From Squalus acanthias (taxonomy: Eukaryota), in contig CM059432.1 of the NCBI GenBank assembly GCA_030390025.1, forward strand, positions 50,036,001-50,100,000: a stretch of DNA of 64,000 nucleotides. The letters run 5' to 3'. Position numbers and translations under genes: made by a program. The notes below the pieces were generated by a model that made no database searches, was not told where the DNA came from, and saw nothing but the letters and a program-made list of their open reading frames with translations. Position 1 is the stretch's first letter, and every line of letters begins with the position of its first letter. Of this stretch, positions 48,975-61,120 are shown in pieces.

Positions 48975-50067
48975 AATGTGATACGAAATTGGCTAAGTGA
49001 CAGGAAACAGAGTGTAATGAATGGTTGTTTTTCGGACTGGAGGAAGGTATACAGTGGTGATCCCTAGGGGTCGGTTCTAGGACCATTGCTTTTCTTGATA
49101 TATATTAATGACTTGGACGTGGGTGTAGAGGGCACAATTTCAAAATTTGCAGATGACACAAAAGTTGGAAGTATAGTCAACAGTGAGGAGGAGAGCGGTA
49201 GACTTCAGGAAGACATAGACAGGCTGGTGAAATGGGCGGAGACATGGCAGATTAAATTTAACGCAGAAAAGTGTGACGTGATACATTTTGGTAGAAAGAA
49301 TGAGGAGAGGGCGTATAAACTAAATGGTATAACCCTAAAGGAGGTGCAGTAACAGAGAGACCTGGGGGTATGGGTGCACAAATTGTTGAAGGTGACAGGG
49401 CAGGTTGAGAAAGCAGTTAAAAAAGCTAATGGGATCCTGGGCTTTCTAAATAGAGGTGTAGAGTACAAAAGTGTGGAAATTATGATGAACCTGTATAAAA
49501 CACTGGTTCGGCCCCAACTGGAGTACTGTGTCCAATTCTGGGCACCACACTTTAAGAAGGATGTGAAGGCCTTAGAGAAGGTGCAAAAAAGATTTACGAG
49601 AATGATTCCAGGAATGAGGGACTTCAGTTATGTGGATATACTGGAGAAGCTGGGGTTGTTCTCCTTGGAGCAGAGAAGATTGAGAGGAGATTTGATGGAG
49701 GTGTTCAAAATCATGAGGGGTCTGGACAGAGTAGATAGAGAGAAACTGTTCCCATAGGCAGAAGGGTCGAGAACCAGAGGACACTGATTTAAGGTGATTG
49801 GCAGAAGATCCAAAGGCAACATGAGGAATATCTTTTTTACGCAGCGAGTGGTTATGATCTGGAATGCATTGTCTGAAATGGTAGTGGAGGCAGATTCAAT
49901 CATGGCTTTCAAAAGGGAGTTGTATAAGTACCTGAAGGAAAAAAATTTGCAGGACTACAGGGAAAGGGCGGGGGAGTGGGACTTACTGTGAGTCGGCATG
50001 AGCTCGACGGGCCAAATGGCCTTTTTCCGTGCTGTAACTATTCTATGATTCATTCTATGATTCTATG
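48975..50067 (+). mobile_element. 5'-truncated CR1 LINE
   Basis: FADDTK, RPQLEYCVQFW, LEQRRLRGDL; (ATTCTATG)n tail. Confidence 0.92.
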
Positions 50068-51676
50068 AATATGGTGGGCTATTTTCTGGTAGCTAGTCTG
50101 TGGAGCAAGTGCAGACTAAAGCCCCAATTTTGATGTCCCCCCCCACCCCTGTCAGTCAGGAAAAGGTCGCGCAAAGGGTTAAAATGAACCAAGTGTACTC
50201 TCTGACTCCAACACACTGTGTTCCAGTCCGGCAGCATTTCAATGTGGGTGAGTCATTGCAGGGAGGAGGCTCTCACTGCAGGGAGATGAGAGCCTCATGA
50301 ATAGTATGGTGATTGGGGTCTAATTAGGATCCCAATGTAATATTAACTGCAGCAGTACAGAGTCCATGAAGATTAACAAGTTCGCTAGGGGAAATCTTTG
50401 TGAGAAAATACAGCGCATGCAAACAAAATGAATGTTAATTTTGGAACAAATTTATAACGTTCCAGCAACACCTAGAAAGTATTATTTTACACAGCACTGA
50501 GCCAGAGTGGTACTGACAATGTCAGATTAGACTGGGGAGGGATTTTTTACTTTGCTAATTCTCTCCCCTTTATTCCCCTCCATGGTTCCTGATGGTGCTG
50601 CTTGCTACTGGGCATGTGTTACAAGTTTTCAGTCTATCATAGATATTCTCTCAGTACAATGGTGCTGGTCACGCCTGTAAGTCTGAGCATCTTACGTTCA
50701 GGACTATAGCAGTATTGTCCAATATCTAATTATAATATAGCGTAACCCAGGGGTGTAGCAATGGGACCCCCTTGTGATCTGAACTGGATATTGTGTCTTT
50801 CACATGTGTCATCATGCACTTCTCCAATCTTTCTCAGAGCAAATTGAAACATTTAGTGAGAAAAGCCCAGATACAATTTGTTAATCTACTTTATTTTACA
50901 GATAGCAAGTGAGGGTACAGAGTAGCAGATAGAATGAGATCTCCGTTAGAACATAAAAAATATTATAAAATGACACTACCCTCACTGAATTTTTCCTGGA
51001 TAGCCTTCTGATTCTGAGGGGCTCTAACCTAGCATCTATCCGGCCCCCAATGACAGTCTCCTGCTGCCAGACATCCCGCTCCAGCCGGCCAGCTGTCACT
51101 TCCCGCTGAGTTCGGGTGGGAGACTGACAGCGTCTATGCAGATGTGACCTAGAACTCACGCTGCCGAGGTCTGGATGGTTTGCCATCCACCTTGGACCAT
51201 GCCCACATGACTTCCACCCCAAAGTAAAATCAAGGCTTATGATTCTACGGGCAGTAGGTGTCCTTGAGGACTTCACCCAAGTGGCCGTGCTTCATGTATG
51301 AGCCTAGACAGTGAGTGCTGGCCTTGGCTGAATTACAGCTGAGCTTGATGTTCTTCTCACCTGACATCCATACATGCAAAATTTCACTAGATAGCTGTCA
51401 GAAGTGGGCCCAGAAGCACTGCTGCCAATTGTACCGCACTGAGCTAAGATCAGCTAACTCAGTGCAGACCTGGAATCAGACCTAGGGCCTCTGGTCTTTA
51501 ATGGCTCAGTTACACTATGGATTTACAAACTGAGCCATTGGGAGAACTCCTCAGCACATTTCTTAAAGTTATGCAGTTGTGGTATAAGGGAGTATCTGAC
51601 TTTTCAAAGTCAGATACAGTGGAACGGAGGTGACAGATTGTAATAGTTTTCATAATATTAAAACTTTGGGAACTAA

Positions 51677-52423
51677 CGGGGGAAAATTGGCTCGTGCCCC
51701 CTTTGGGGCGCTAATTTCGCCGGGGCGCTACTTTTAGTGCCCCAAAAAAGTTAGCACCCCCGTGCCCGAAATTCAATGGTAGTGCCCCAGCAGGAGGCGG
51801 GGTGCTACTGGAGGCACTCCCCCTCCCTCTAGGGCCGCTCCCATTGAATATCGTGGCACTACATGCAGCAGCGCCACGCGCGTCGGCACGTAACGCCGCG
51901 GTACTACAGACCTCCCTCCCCTGATTAAAGGGGAGCGGCCTAGCGCAGTGTGCACTGGGGTCCTGTTGGTCCACCAGGGAGCAGGGTGCCGGCAAAAGAG
52001 CCCGGCACTCAGGGGGAGTGCCGGGCTGACGGATCGCAGCTGGCACCCCGCAGGAGGAGGCCAGAGGGGGCAGGTGCTGGCAGAAGGCACCAAAAAAAAT
52101 GGCCGCCCAGCACCTGCCCTTTAATTATCGCCACCCCGGCCACAAGAACGCCCCCCTGACCCTGTCGGACATAGCATCCAGCGGTACGTCAGGAGCGTGA
52201 GCCAAGTGTGCGGCCGGGGCGCAAGCTGGTCGCTGCACATGGCGATGATGTTATCGCCGGAGGTGCAGCACCGCGGGGCACTACCAGCAATGCCGCCACT
52301 AACCTCCCACTGAATTTCGCGGGAGGCGTCAGCAGCACCGCGCCAGGGCACTACTTGCTTTGCGCCCCGGTAGCACCCCCTCGGGCGCTAACGGGAGGCG
52401 CAAAGCAACCAAATTTTTCCCCC
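51677..52423 (-). mobile_element. Harbinger family A MITE (747 bp)
   Basis: TIRs CGGGGGAAAATT / AATTTTTCCCCC; exact TSD TAA; right end is the reverse complement of the left end of 10146-14364. Confidence 0.92.
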
Positions 52424-54214
52424 TAAGTGCCTTTAATGGCATTTATACTTGATTTATAATAAAGCGCTATTTTCAAAAGTGGCTCTGTACCATCAGATTT
52501 TTGTCTTCCTGCTGGTAAAATCATCCCTTTGCAAGGCAGAGAGGTTTTATCAACAGGAGGGCAAAACCTGCAGCCAAAAATATATGGCCGCCACCATGCT
52601 GAACCGGAACGGGACCAACATCCTTGCGGGGAGGTTTGCTAGTACTGTTGGGGGGGGTTTAAACTAACTTGGCAGGGGGATGGGATATGGAGTGGAGCTA
52701 TAGTAGGGGGTGATGCACAGCCAAAAAGAGAGGAAAAAACAAGTCAGCCTGGAAGGCAGAGCAAATATGTAATGGCACAAGGGAGTATGGCAAGGCTGGA
52801 TGGCATTTATTTTAATGCAAGGAATCTTGCGAGTAAGGCAGATGAATTGAAGGTGTTGATGAACACATGGGAGTATGATATTGTTGCTATCACAGAGACA
52901 TGGTTGAGGGAGGGGCAGGACTGGCAGCTCAATATTCCAGGGTATAGAATCTTCAGGCGAGACAGAGGGGGGTGTAAAAGAGGAGTGGGTGTCGCAATAT
53001 TAATCAAGGAGTCAATTACTGCTGTAAGGAGGGATGATATCTTAGCAGGTTCCTCTAATGAGGCCATATGGGTAGAACTTAAAAACAAAAAGGGGGCAAG
53101 CACTTTACTGGGAGTGTACTATAGGCCCCCAAACAGTCAGGGGGAGATAGAGGAACAGATATGTAGGCAAATCTCAGAGAAGTGTAGAAATAATAGGGTA
53201 ATAATAGTAGGGGATTTCAACTTCCCCAATATTAACTGGGATAGTCAGAGTGTGAAAGGCTTAGAGGGTGCGGAATTCTTAAAGTGCATCCAGGAGAGTT
53301 TTTTGAGCCAGCATGTAGAAAGTCCTACAAGAGAGGGGTTGGTACTGGACCTAATTCTAGGGAATGTAGCCGGGCAAGTGGTAGAAGTATCAGCAGGAGA
53401 GCATTTTGGTGACAGTGACCATAATTCGGTGAGATTTAAGGTAGATATGGAAAAGGACAAAGATGGATCGGAAATAAAGGTTCTAAATTGGGGGAAGGCC
53501 GATTTTAATATGATAAGGCAGGATCTGGTCAAAGTGGACTGGGATCGGCTACTTGTAGGAAAATCCACATCAGAGCAGTGGGAGTCTTTCAGAAAGGAAA
53601 TAGAGAGTACAACGACAACATGTTCCCGTAAAGGTCAAGGGTGGAACCAACAAGCCCAGGGAACCCTGGATGTCAAGGGATATACAAGAATGGATTAGGA
53701 AAAAAAAGGAGGCTTTTGGCAGATACAAAGACTAAAAACAGTGGAAGCCCTAGAGGAGTATAGAAAGTGCGGGGGATACTTAAAACAGAAATTAGGAGAG
53801 TGAGGAGGGTGCATGAAAAAATACTGGCGGGCAAAATAAAGGAAAATCCCAAGGTGTTTTACAAGTATATTAAGGGCAAGAGGATAACCAGGGAAAGAGT
53901 AGGGCCCATTAGGGACCAAAGAGGCATTCTGTGTGTAGAGCCGGAAGATGTAGGAGAGGTTTTAAATGAATATTTTGCATCTGTGTTCACTATGGAGAAG
54001 GACGATGTAGGCATAGAAATCAGGCAGGGGGATTGTGATATACTTGAACAAATTAGTATTGAGAGGGAGGAGGTACTAACGGTTTTAGCGGGCTTAAAAG
54101 TGGATAAATCCCCAGGCGCAGATGAGATGTATCCCAGCTGCTGTGTGAGGCAAGGGAGGAGATTGCAGGGGCTCTGACACAAATTTTCAGAATCTCTCTG
54201 GCCACAGGGGAGGT

Positions 54215-54656
54215 CAAAATTGAGAGGTCGCACAACACCAGGTTATAGTCCAACAGTTTTATTTGAAATCACAAGCTTTCGGAGATATCGATTGCTCCTT
54301 CCTCAGGTGAAGTAAATTAGATACAGAATCGCCAAAGCATATATAGATAGAAAACAAAGCATGTGTACCTTACAATTGCAGACCACTAAATTAAATCATC
54401 CTGACTATCTGCCGAGGTGTGATAAAGTTAATTAAGTCAGCCAGCAAGGTACCACATCAAAGACATAGCAAGATATAACTGAGACAATGAGGTGCAGTCG
54501 CAGGGGTTCTAACGTGTCAAAAGCTGCCGTCTGTATGTAAAACGAAAAGCTTTAAAATTTTTACTTTTTTACTGGGAAAATTTTTACTTTTTTACTGGGA
54601 ATCACATCTGTGAACAAGCTAACGATGACTCGAGTCCGGATCACGTCATGTATCGT
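54215..54656 (-). mobile_element. Penelope-like 3' end/pLTR fragment inserted in CR1
   Basis: Shares GTCGCACAACACCAGGTTATAGTCCAACAG with 42297-42326; flanked by GAGGT/GAGGT; includes the ORF end SRYMT*. Confidence 0.88.
54269..54310 (-). ncRNA. Minimal hammerhead ribozyme motif (variant)
   Basis: Reverse complement TCAC-CTGAGGA-A-GGAG(CAATCGATAT)CTCC-GAA-AGCT-T-GTGA. Confidence 0.65.
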
Positions 54657-56651
54657 GAGGTGCCAGAGGACTGGAGGGTAGCTAACGTAGTACCATTATT
54701 CAAGAAGGGTAGTAGGGATAAACCAGGGAATTACAGGCCAGTGAGCCTAACATCAGTGGTAGGGAAATTATTGGAAAAAATTCTGAGGGACAGAATTAGT
54801 CTCCACTTGGAGAGGCAAGGATTAATCAAGGATAGTCAGCATGGCTTTGTCCGGGGGAGATCATGTCTGACCAATTTGATTGAATTTTTCGAGGGGGTGA
54901 CTAGGTGTGTGGATGAGGGTAGTGCAGTTGATGTAGTCTACATGGACTTCAGTAAGGCTTTTGACAAAGTCCCGCATGGGAGACTGGTCAAGAAGGTAAG
55001 AGCCCATGGGACCCAGGGCAATTTGGCACATTGGATCCAAAATTGGCTTAGTGGCAGGAGGCAGAGGGTGCTGGTCGAAGGCTGTTTTTGTGACTGGAAG
55101 CCTGTACCGTACCGCAGGGATCGGTGCTGGGTCCTTTGCTGTTTGTAGTGTTCATTAATGATTTAGATATGAATGTAGGAGGTATGATCAGTAAGTTTGC
55201 AGATGACACGAAAATTGGTGGAGTAGTAAATAGCGAGGAGGGAAGCCTCAGGCTACAGGACGATATAGTTGGGTTGGTTAGATGGGCAGGACAGTGGCAA
55301 ATGGAATTTAACCCTGAAAAGTGTGAGGTGATGCATTTTGGGAGGACTAACAAGGCAAGGGAATACACAATGAATGGTAGGACCCTAGGAAGGACAGAGG
55401 ATCAGAGGGACCTTGGTGTGCATGTACATAGATCCCTGAAGGCAGCAGGACAGGTAGATAAGGTGGTTAAGAAGGCATATGGGATACTTGCCTTCATTAG
55501 CCGAGGCATAGAATATAAGAGCAGGGAGGTTATGATGGAGCTGTACAAAACACTAGTTAGGCCACAGCTGGAATACTGTGTGCAGTTCTGGTCGCCACAC
55601 TATAGGAAGGATGTGATTGCATTGGAGAGGGTGCAGAGGAGATTCACCAGGATGTTACCTGGGCTGGAGCGCTTCAGCTATGAAGAGAGACTGGACAGGC
55701 TGGGGTTGTTTTCATTAGAGCAGAGAAGGCTGAGGGGGGACCTGATTGAGGTGTACAAAATTATGAGGGGCATAGATAGGATAGATAGAAAGGAACTTTT
55801 CCCCTTAGTAGAGGGGTCAATAATCAGGGAGCATAGTTTCAAGTTAAGTGGCAGGAGGTTTAGAGGGGATTTGAGGAAAAACTTTTTCACCCAGAGGGTG
55901 ATTGGAATCTGGAACTCACTGCCTGAAAGGGTGGTAGAGGCAGGAACCCTCACAACATTCAAGAAGCATTTAGATGAGCACTTGAAACGCCATAGCATAC
56001 AAGGCTACGGACCAAGTGCTGGAAAATGGGATTAGAATAGACAGGGCTTGATGGCCGGCGCGGACACGATGGGCCGAAGGGCCTCTTTCTGTGCTGTATA
56101 ACTCTATGACTCTATGCTGACTGCTCAAAGTCATTAATACAACTGTTTATTTCTACTTACTAAGTGGTATCCCATCCACTAATGTGAGAAATTGTAGGGA
56201 AAAATAGTTTATAGAAGAAAATTTAAAACAAGAAACATCATTGCGTTTGTATATTGGAACAGAGATTGCACATTCCAAAAGAACCTTTAAATTGTGAAAT
56301 ATGAAGGGGAATAGGAGCCTGATTACTTTAACCCTACTTTTTATTGGCCTCTATTTGGCCCCCTTTTAGCCAAAATGCACTTAAGCTATGGACTTTTCAT
56401 TGGTCTCTATAAACCAGGACCACCTTTGTGGAACCCTTTTTGATCCTGTCAGTTAAGCATGTAAGAAGAGGCTCCCTTGATGGCCCAGGTGGTTAAGGCA
56501 GTAAGTAGCTGATGCATACAAATTATGATGGTCCAGGTCAGATCACAGGAAGAATGGCCACTTTGATGAGATACCTGAGAGAGACCTGTGGAACCGTATC
56601 TCATGATACAGGAATGCAGCAGGGGAGGAGGAAATCAGCAGTAAAAAAAAT

Positions 56652-57075
56652 ATAGGATATAGGAACATAGGAACAGGAGTAGGCCATTCAGCCCCTCAAG
56701 CCTGTTCAGTCATTCAATGAGATCATGGCTGATCTGCGACCTAACTCTATATACCTGCTTTTGCCCCATAACCCTTAACACCTTTAGTTAACAAAAATCT
56801 ATTAATCTCAGATTTAGAATTAGCAATTGATCTACCATTAATTGTCGTTTGCAGAAGAGAGTTCCACCCTTTGTGTGTAGAAGTGTTTCCTAATTTCACT
56901 CCTGAAAGGTCTGGCTCTAATTTTTAGACTATGCCCCCTCGTCCTAGACTCACGAACCAGCGGAAATAGTTTCTCTTTATCGACCTTATCTGTTCCCCTT
57001 AATATCTTGAAAACTTTGATCAAATTACCCCTTAACCTTCTAAATTCCAGGGAATACGACCCTAGTTTGTGTAAT
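56652..57075 (-). mobile_element. CR1 3' fragment
   Basis: LIKVFKILRG...KLFP...TRGHSLK...FYTQRV; CCTATGTT-type tail. Confidence 0.85.
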
Positions 57076-57564
57076 AAAAGGGGGAAAAAGTAATGGCCCA
57101 GAAATTAGACTCGGAGGCTTGCCGCGGGGGTAAGGATCCCGCGCGATATTACATACCGCGTCTGCCGTTCTTCATTTCCCCCACATGAACTTTGTTTTTT
57201 CTGAGCAGCACTCCAGGGCAGCGTCTGACATCACACCGCCCTGGAGCGCAGCGTGCGCGTTTCCTCCCGTGCGGTGGGCAGTGAAGACACGCCCTGGAAG
57301 GTCGCATTAGCATAGGCCACGCCCCCAATTTTTTAAAACTCCTGGCAACTTTGTAAACAGCAGCACAGGGATTTCTAGCGACGCTGGACCTTGCTATTAA
57401 AGTAAGTTGTATTTAAATGCATGTTTTGCAAACTTTTGAAGACTTTTACATGAATTGGAATAATTTTAAACAGTTGTAAAGAGATTTGAAGTAATTTAAA
57501 TAGTTTTAAAAGTCCTGAAATCATTTTTTTCATTCATTTTACTTTATTTAATCAGGAAAGTGAA

Positions 57565-59186
57565 ATGGCTGCAATGAGCACAATTCAAATTATCAAAAGA
57601 ACTCAAAGTTTCAGTGACGATGATCTCAGCACACTCCTCGATGAGGTTGAGGCGAAGCGCGTGTGGATAATTGGAACTGAGAAGTCCAAAGCCCCACGAA
57701 AAGGCCAAATGTTAGCTTGGAAAAAGGTTGCGCAGGTTGTAAGCGTGAACTCCACCATTCCACGGACAGCAGAACAATGCCGCAAGAAATTCAGTGATTT
57801 ATTGCGAACTCTCAAGGTTTGTATAGTTATTACAAAAGTCAACTGTAAAATGTCTTTAAATTTAACTGAACTACTTTTAAAAATATATATGTATGTGTTT
57901 GTTTACTCAAGTGAGTTAACTGCAGTCACAAGATGCTGCCATAAATTTTTATGGCTTTTGGGGCCAGCTCAGGGTCATCCATTGTGCTCTTATCTTGATT
58001 CCACTGCTTTGAGTTGTTTAGTGAGTTAACTGTGTGTGTCCCAATGCACTTTGGGTGTAAAAACCTTACATTTCATGACATTTCATATTTTCTGTTTTCA
58101 TTTTAGACTAAAACTGCTCACAACGCCAGAGAACGTGCACTGACAGGCGGTGGTGTTGTCACGTTAAGGGCTTTAACTGAACATGAGGAAAGGCTCGAGC
58201 ATCTATTTGGATTTCTTAGCGGCTGCCCCTTTGAAGCTGAACCAACCGACACAGGTATGCATAACCGTGATTTGCTCTGGCCAGCTAATGTTTAAAAATG
58301 TTGGATGTGTGTTGAATATCAGCTTCTGTGATGTGGCACATCATGCTTTACCGTTGCTAATCTTTACTGTTTCCTTTCCATAGGTTTACAGCAGACTTCT
58401 CACACGCGGGATGAGCAGTGCGTTGAGTCTGCAGCCACAGAGGGCTTTGGGGAAGGGCTTGTTGAGGCAATGGGAGCTGCGAGTGAGGTGGTGGTGGTGG
58501 AGGAGCAGGAGCAAATTGTTGATGTATTGGAAGTGGAGGGTCTGGAATCTCCATCTCCTGGCCCCTCTGGCTCTGTGCCAGACAGACACCAGCTTGATAC
58601 TGCAGTGCATGTGGGAGAAGCAGATATACATGCAACAGAACAGGAGTTACAAGGTCAGATCCACCATCTTGAAGGGTTGAGGCAATCGATGTGTTCTCTT
58701 ACAGAGAAACAAGTTGACTGTCTTGCCTCAATCAGGCAGGGAATGGATTCTATGTGCATGTCACTTAATCAAATGAATGAGTCTCTCATTGGACTCTTTC
58801 AGAAACCAAATGTGGGAATGGAGCTTCATCAAATAAATGAGTCTCTCATTGGACTCTTGCAGAAACCAGATTTGGGAATGGAGCTTCATAAAATAAATGA
58901 GTCTCTCGTTGGACTCTTGCATATGCTTCAACCACCTTCTGCTGCCATTACTGTGACTCCTGCAGAACCGCCCTTACCTGCTCCCAGCGCAGAAACAGTG
59001 CAGGTCCAAGAGCCAGCTGCTCCGCCAGTTGTGATGCAAGCAAACATTGCCTTGCAGCAGCAGCAGCAGCAGCAGCAACCCTGTCAGGAGGCAATTGCTG
59101 AAGGGCAAGAGATGGCAAACAGGGCCCTTTCAAGTCGCAGCACAGGGCTCCGGTCACGGGGAGCGGGAAAGCGCAGTAGACGGTAG
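57565..59186 (+). CDS. Harbinger Myb/SANT-like protein, exons 57565-57816, 58107-58254, 58384-59186, ~400 aa
   Basis: FSDDDLSTLLDEV...W..VA..VS...RTAEQCRKKFSDL|GT; exon 2 TKTAHNARERALTGGG; in-frame joins without stops; probable 5'UTR intron 57402-57555. Confidence 0.87.
58767..58922 (+). repeat. In-frame 60-bp (20-aa) tandem repeat, ~2.5 copies
   Basis: NESLIGLFQKPNVGMELHQI / NESLIGLLQKPDLGMELHKI / NESLVGLL. Confidence 0.9.
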
Positions 59187-59725
59187 GGTGTCACCTTTTC
59201 CACAATGCACATCCATTGACCCTCAGGCATAGATGCGAGGGGGTAAATCGTTCAATTGTTTAATTTTTCATTTTATTTAAAAGTTAAATGTTTTCATTGT
59301 TTTTTTTATTGAAATATATATTTGTCACTGAAAGTGTATGTAACCTTTTCATTGAAAAAGTACAGCCTCTAGTCACTTTGAAAAAATTCAAATTGTTTAT
59401 TTGCAAAAATAATTTAACATTAAAACTGTTTTACATTTAGGAAATAGTTATTTTCCATCTTGAATGTCTTTATTGCAGTAACAAACCAAAAAAGTCACTG
59501 TAAACTGTTTACAAATTTTATTCTAACCTATTTATGTTTACGAATGTTTGAAAAGCTGAAAATAGCTAGTTAACATTGAAAAGTTATAAACTATGTACAT
59601 CAACACTGAACCTCAGAAGTCTTTAATGCTGCAATAAAAGAGCACTGTTTCACTTTAAATTGTGTCTGTTCCTTTCTTTGCCTTGCTGGGGGAGGGGGAG
59701 GGGGAGGGGGAGGTACAAGGCGACA

Positions 59726-60874
59726 CTACCTCGTGAAGGTGTTGGCTACCAGCTGCTCCCGAACAGCCTTACATTGATCAGCACTTGGCTCGTCCACATC
59801 ACGCCTTCCCACAGGCACATTGGCATCGTCCACGTCCTCCATTTCAGCAGGTAGTTCCTCTGCAGCGTTAAGGGTCAGTCCTTCCCGCAGGGCAAAGTTA
59901 TGCAAAGCACAACAGGCCACCACAATCTTTGCCACTTTCAGAGGAGAATACTGCAACGTCCCCCCTGACCTGTCCAGGCACCGGAAGTGTGATTTCAGAA
60001 CTCCGATTGTCCTCTCCACCACTTGCCGTGTGGACACGTGTGCCTGGTTGTATCTCTCCTGAGCCTCATTATTGGTCTTGCGGTAGGGAGTCATCAGCCA
60101 TGGTCTTAGCGGGTAGCCCTTGTCGCCCAATATCCATGCGGATCCTGGAGGCAATGCGTTGAGGGCGCCATATAAGTTCGAGTTACGGAGGACGAAGGAG
60201 TCATGATTACTTCCCCGGTTACTTGCATTCACATTTAGGATCCTGAGGTGCACATCACAGACAATCAGGACATTCAATGAATGAAACCCCTTCCTGTTGA
60301 TGAATGTCACAGGTGCATCCACTGGTGCCTTCAATGCAACATGGGTTCCATCGACGGCCCCAATCACTTTGGGGAATCCAGCAATGTTATGAAATGCAAG
60401 GGCCATCTCCTTTTGATGGCGAGCGGACAAGTCATAGTTAATGAACTCTGAAGCCCTACGGAAAATGGCTTCTGTGACCTGGTGAATGCAGGCCCTCGCA
60501 GCATTCTTGGATATGTTGGTAATGTCACCGGTGCTTGCCTGAAATGACCCACTTGCAAAGAAGTTCAGTGCTGTGGTTACCTTCATGCTCACTGACAATG
60601 CAGTGCGGGTCTTCGAGCGTGTTTGAAGGTCCTCCTTTAACATGTCACAGAGTCGGCCGATTGACTCTTTACTGAAGCGCAGCCTCCTCACACACAACTC
60701 CTCCGACAGCATCTCAAATGACAGCCTCTCCCTGTACACTCTATGGGGTGGGTAGTAGTTTCTCCTTCTCAGGAGGAGACGGTTTTGGTTCCTCCGTCTG
60801 TCTTGTCGCCTGGCGTCTAAAATTCTCTGATACAAAATCCCACAGAGGAACAGGACTTGATTCTCAAAGGGCAT
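59726..60874 (-). CDS. Harbinger DDE transposase, 382 aa, intact
   Basis: GAVDGTHV, NRKGFHSLNV, GSNHDSF, LGDKGYP, VVERTIGVLKSHFRCL, CCALHN. Confidence 0.95.
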   Translation of the reverse strand: MPFENQVLFLCGILYQRILDARRQDRRRNQNRLLLRRRNYYPPHRVYRERLSFEMLSEELCVRRLRFSKESIGRLCDMLKEDLQTRSKTRTALSVSMKVTTALNFFASGSFQASTGDITNISKNAARACIHQVTEAIFRRASEFINYDLSARHQKEMALAFHNIAGFPKVIGAVDGTHVALKAPVDAPVTFINRKGFHSLNVLIVCDVHLRILNVNASNRGSNHDSFVLRNSNLYGALNALPPGSAWILGDKGYPLRPWLMTPYRKTNNEAQERYNQAHVSTRQVVERTIGVLKSHFRCLDRSGGTLQYSPLKVAKIVVACCALHNFALREGLTLNAAEELPAEMEDVDDANVPVGRRDVDEPSADQCKAVREQLVANTFTR

Positions 60875-61076
60875 CTTTCTCCCTCACAGGCTTCCTCTTT
60901 AAACAGAAAGTTGTAAGGAAAAAATGGAAAGAGTTGTTAAAGTAACTTTAATAAAGTGAGTGGCTATAAAATCAGGTCGGGCTATGGTGGGAAACGTGCG
61001 GTATCGGATTGGGAACACGTCTACCCGCCTCACGGCCCGAGATGATTTTCTAGAACTGTAACATTTTCAGAAAGTC

Positions 61077-61120
61077 ATACATACATACATACATACATAC
61101 ATACATACATACATACATAC
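61077..61120. repeat. (ATAC)n microsatellite
   Basis: Directly visible, upstream of the family B transposase. Confidence 0.95.

Larger units (their letters stand above)
52603..56113 (+). mobile_element. CR1 LINE (end of ORF1 + disrupted ORF2)
   Basis: EN YFNARNL...YDIVAITETWL...SDH; RT motifs; ACTCTATG tail; possible TSD ATGCTGA. Confidence 0.95.

Noticed and set aside
54554..54601. 24-bp direct duplication in the Penelope-like fragment
   Set aside because: Ordinary slippage in a T-rich tract.
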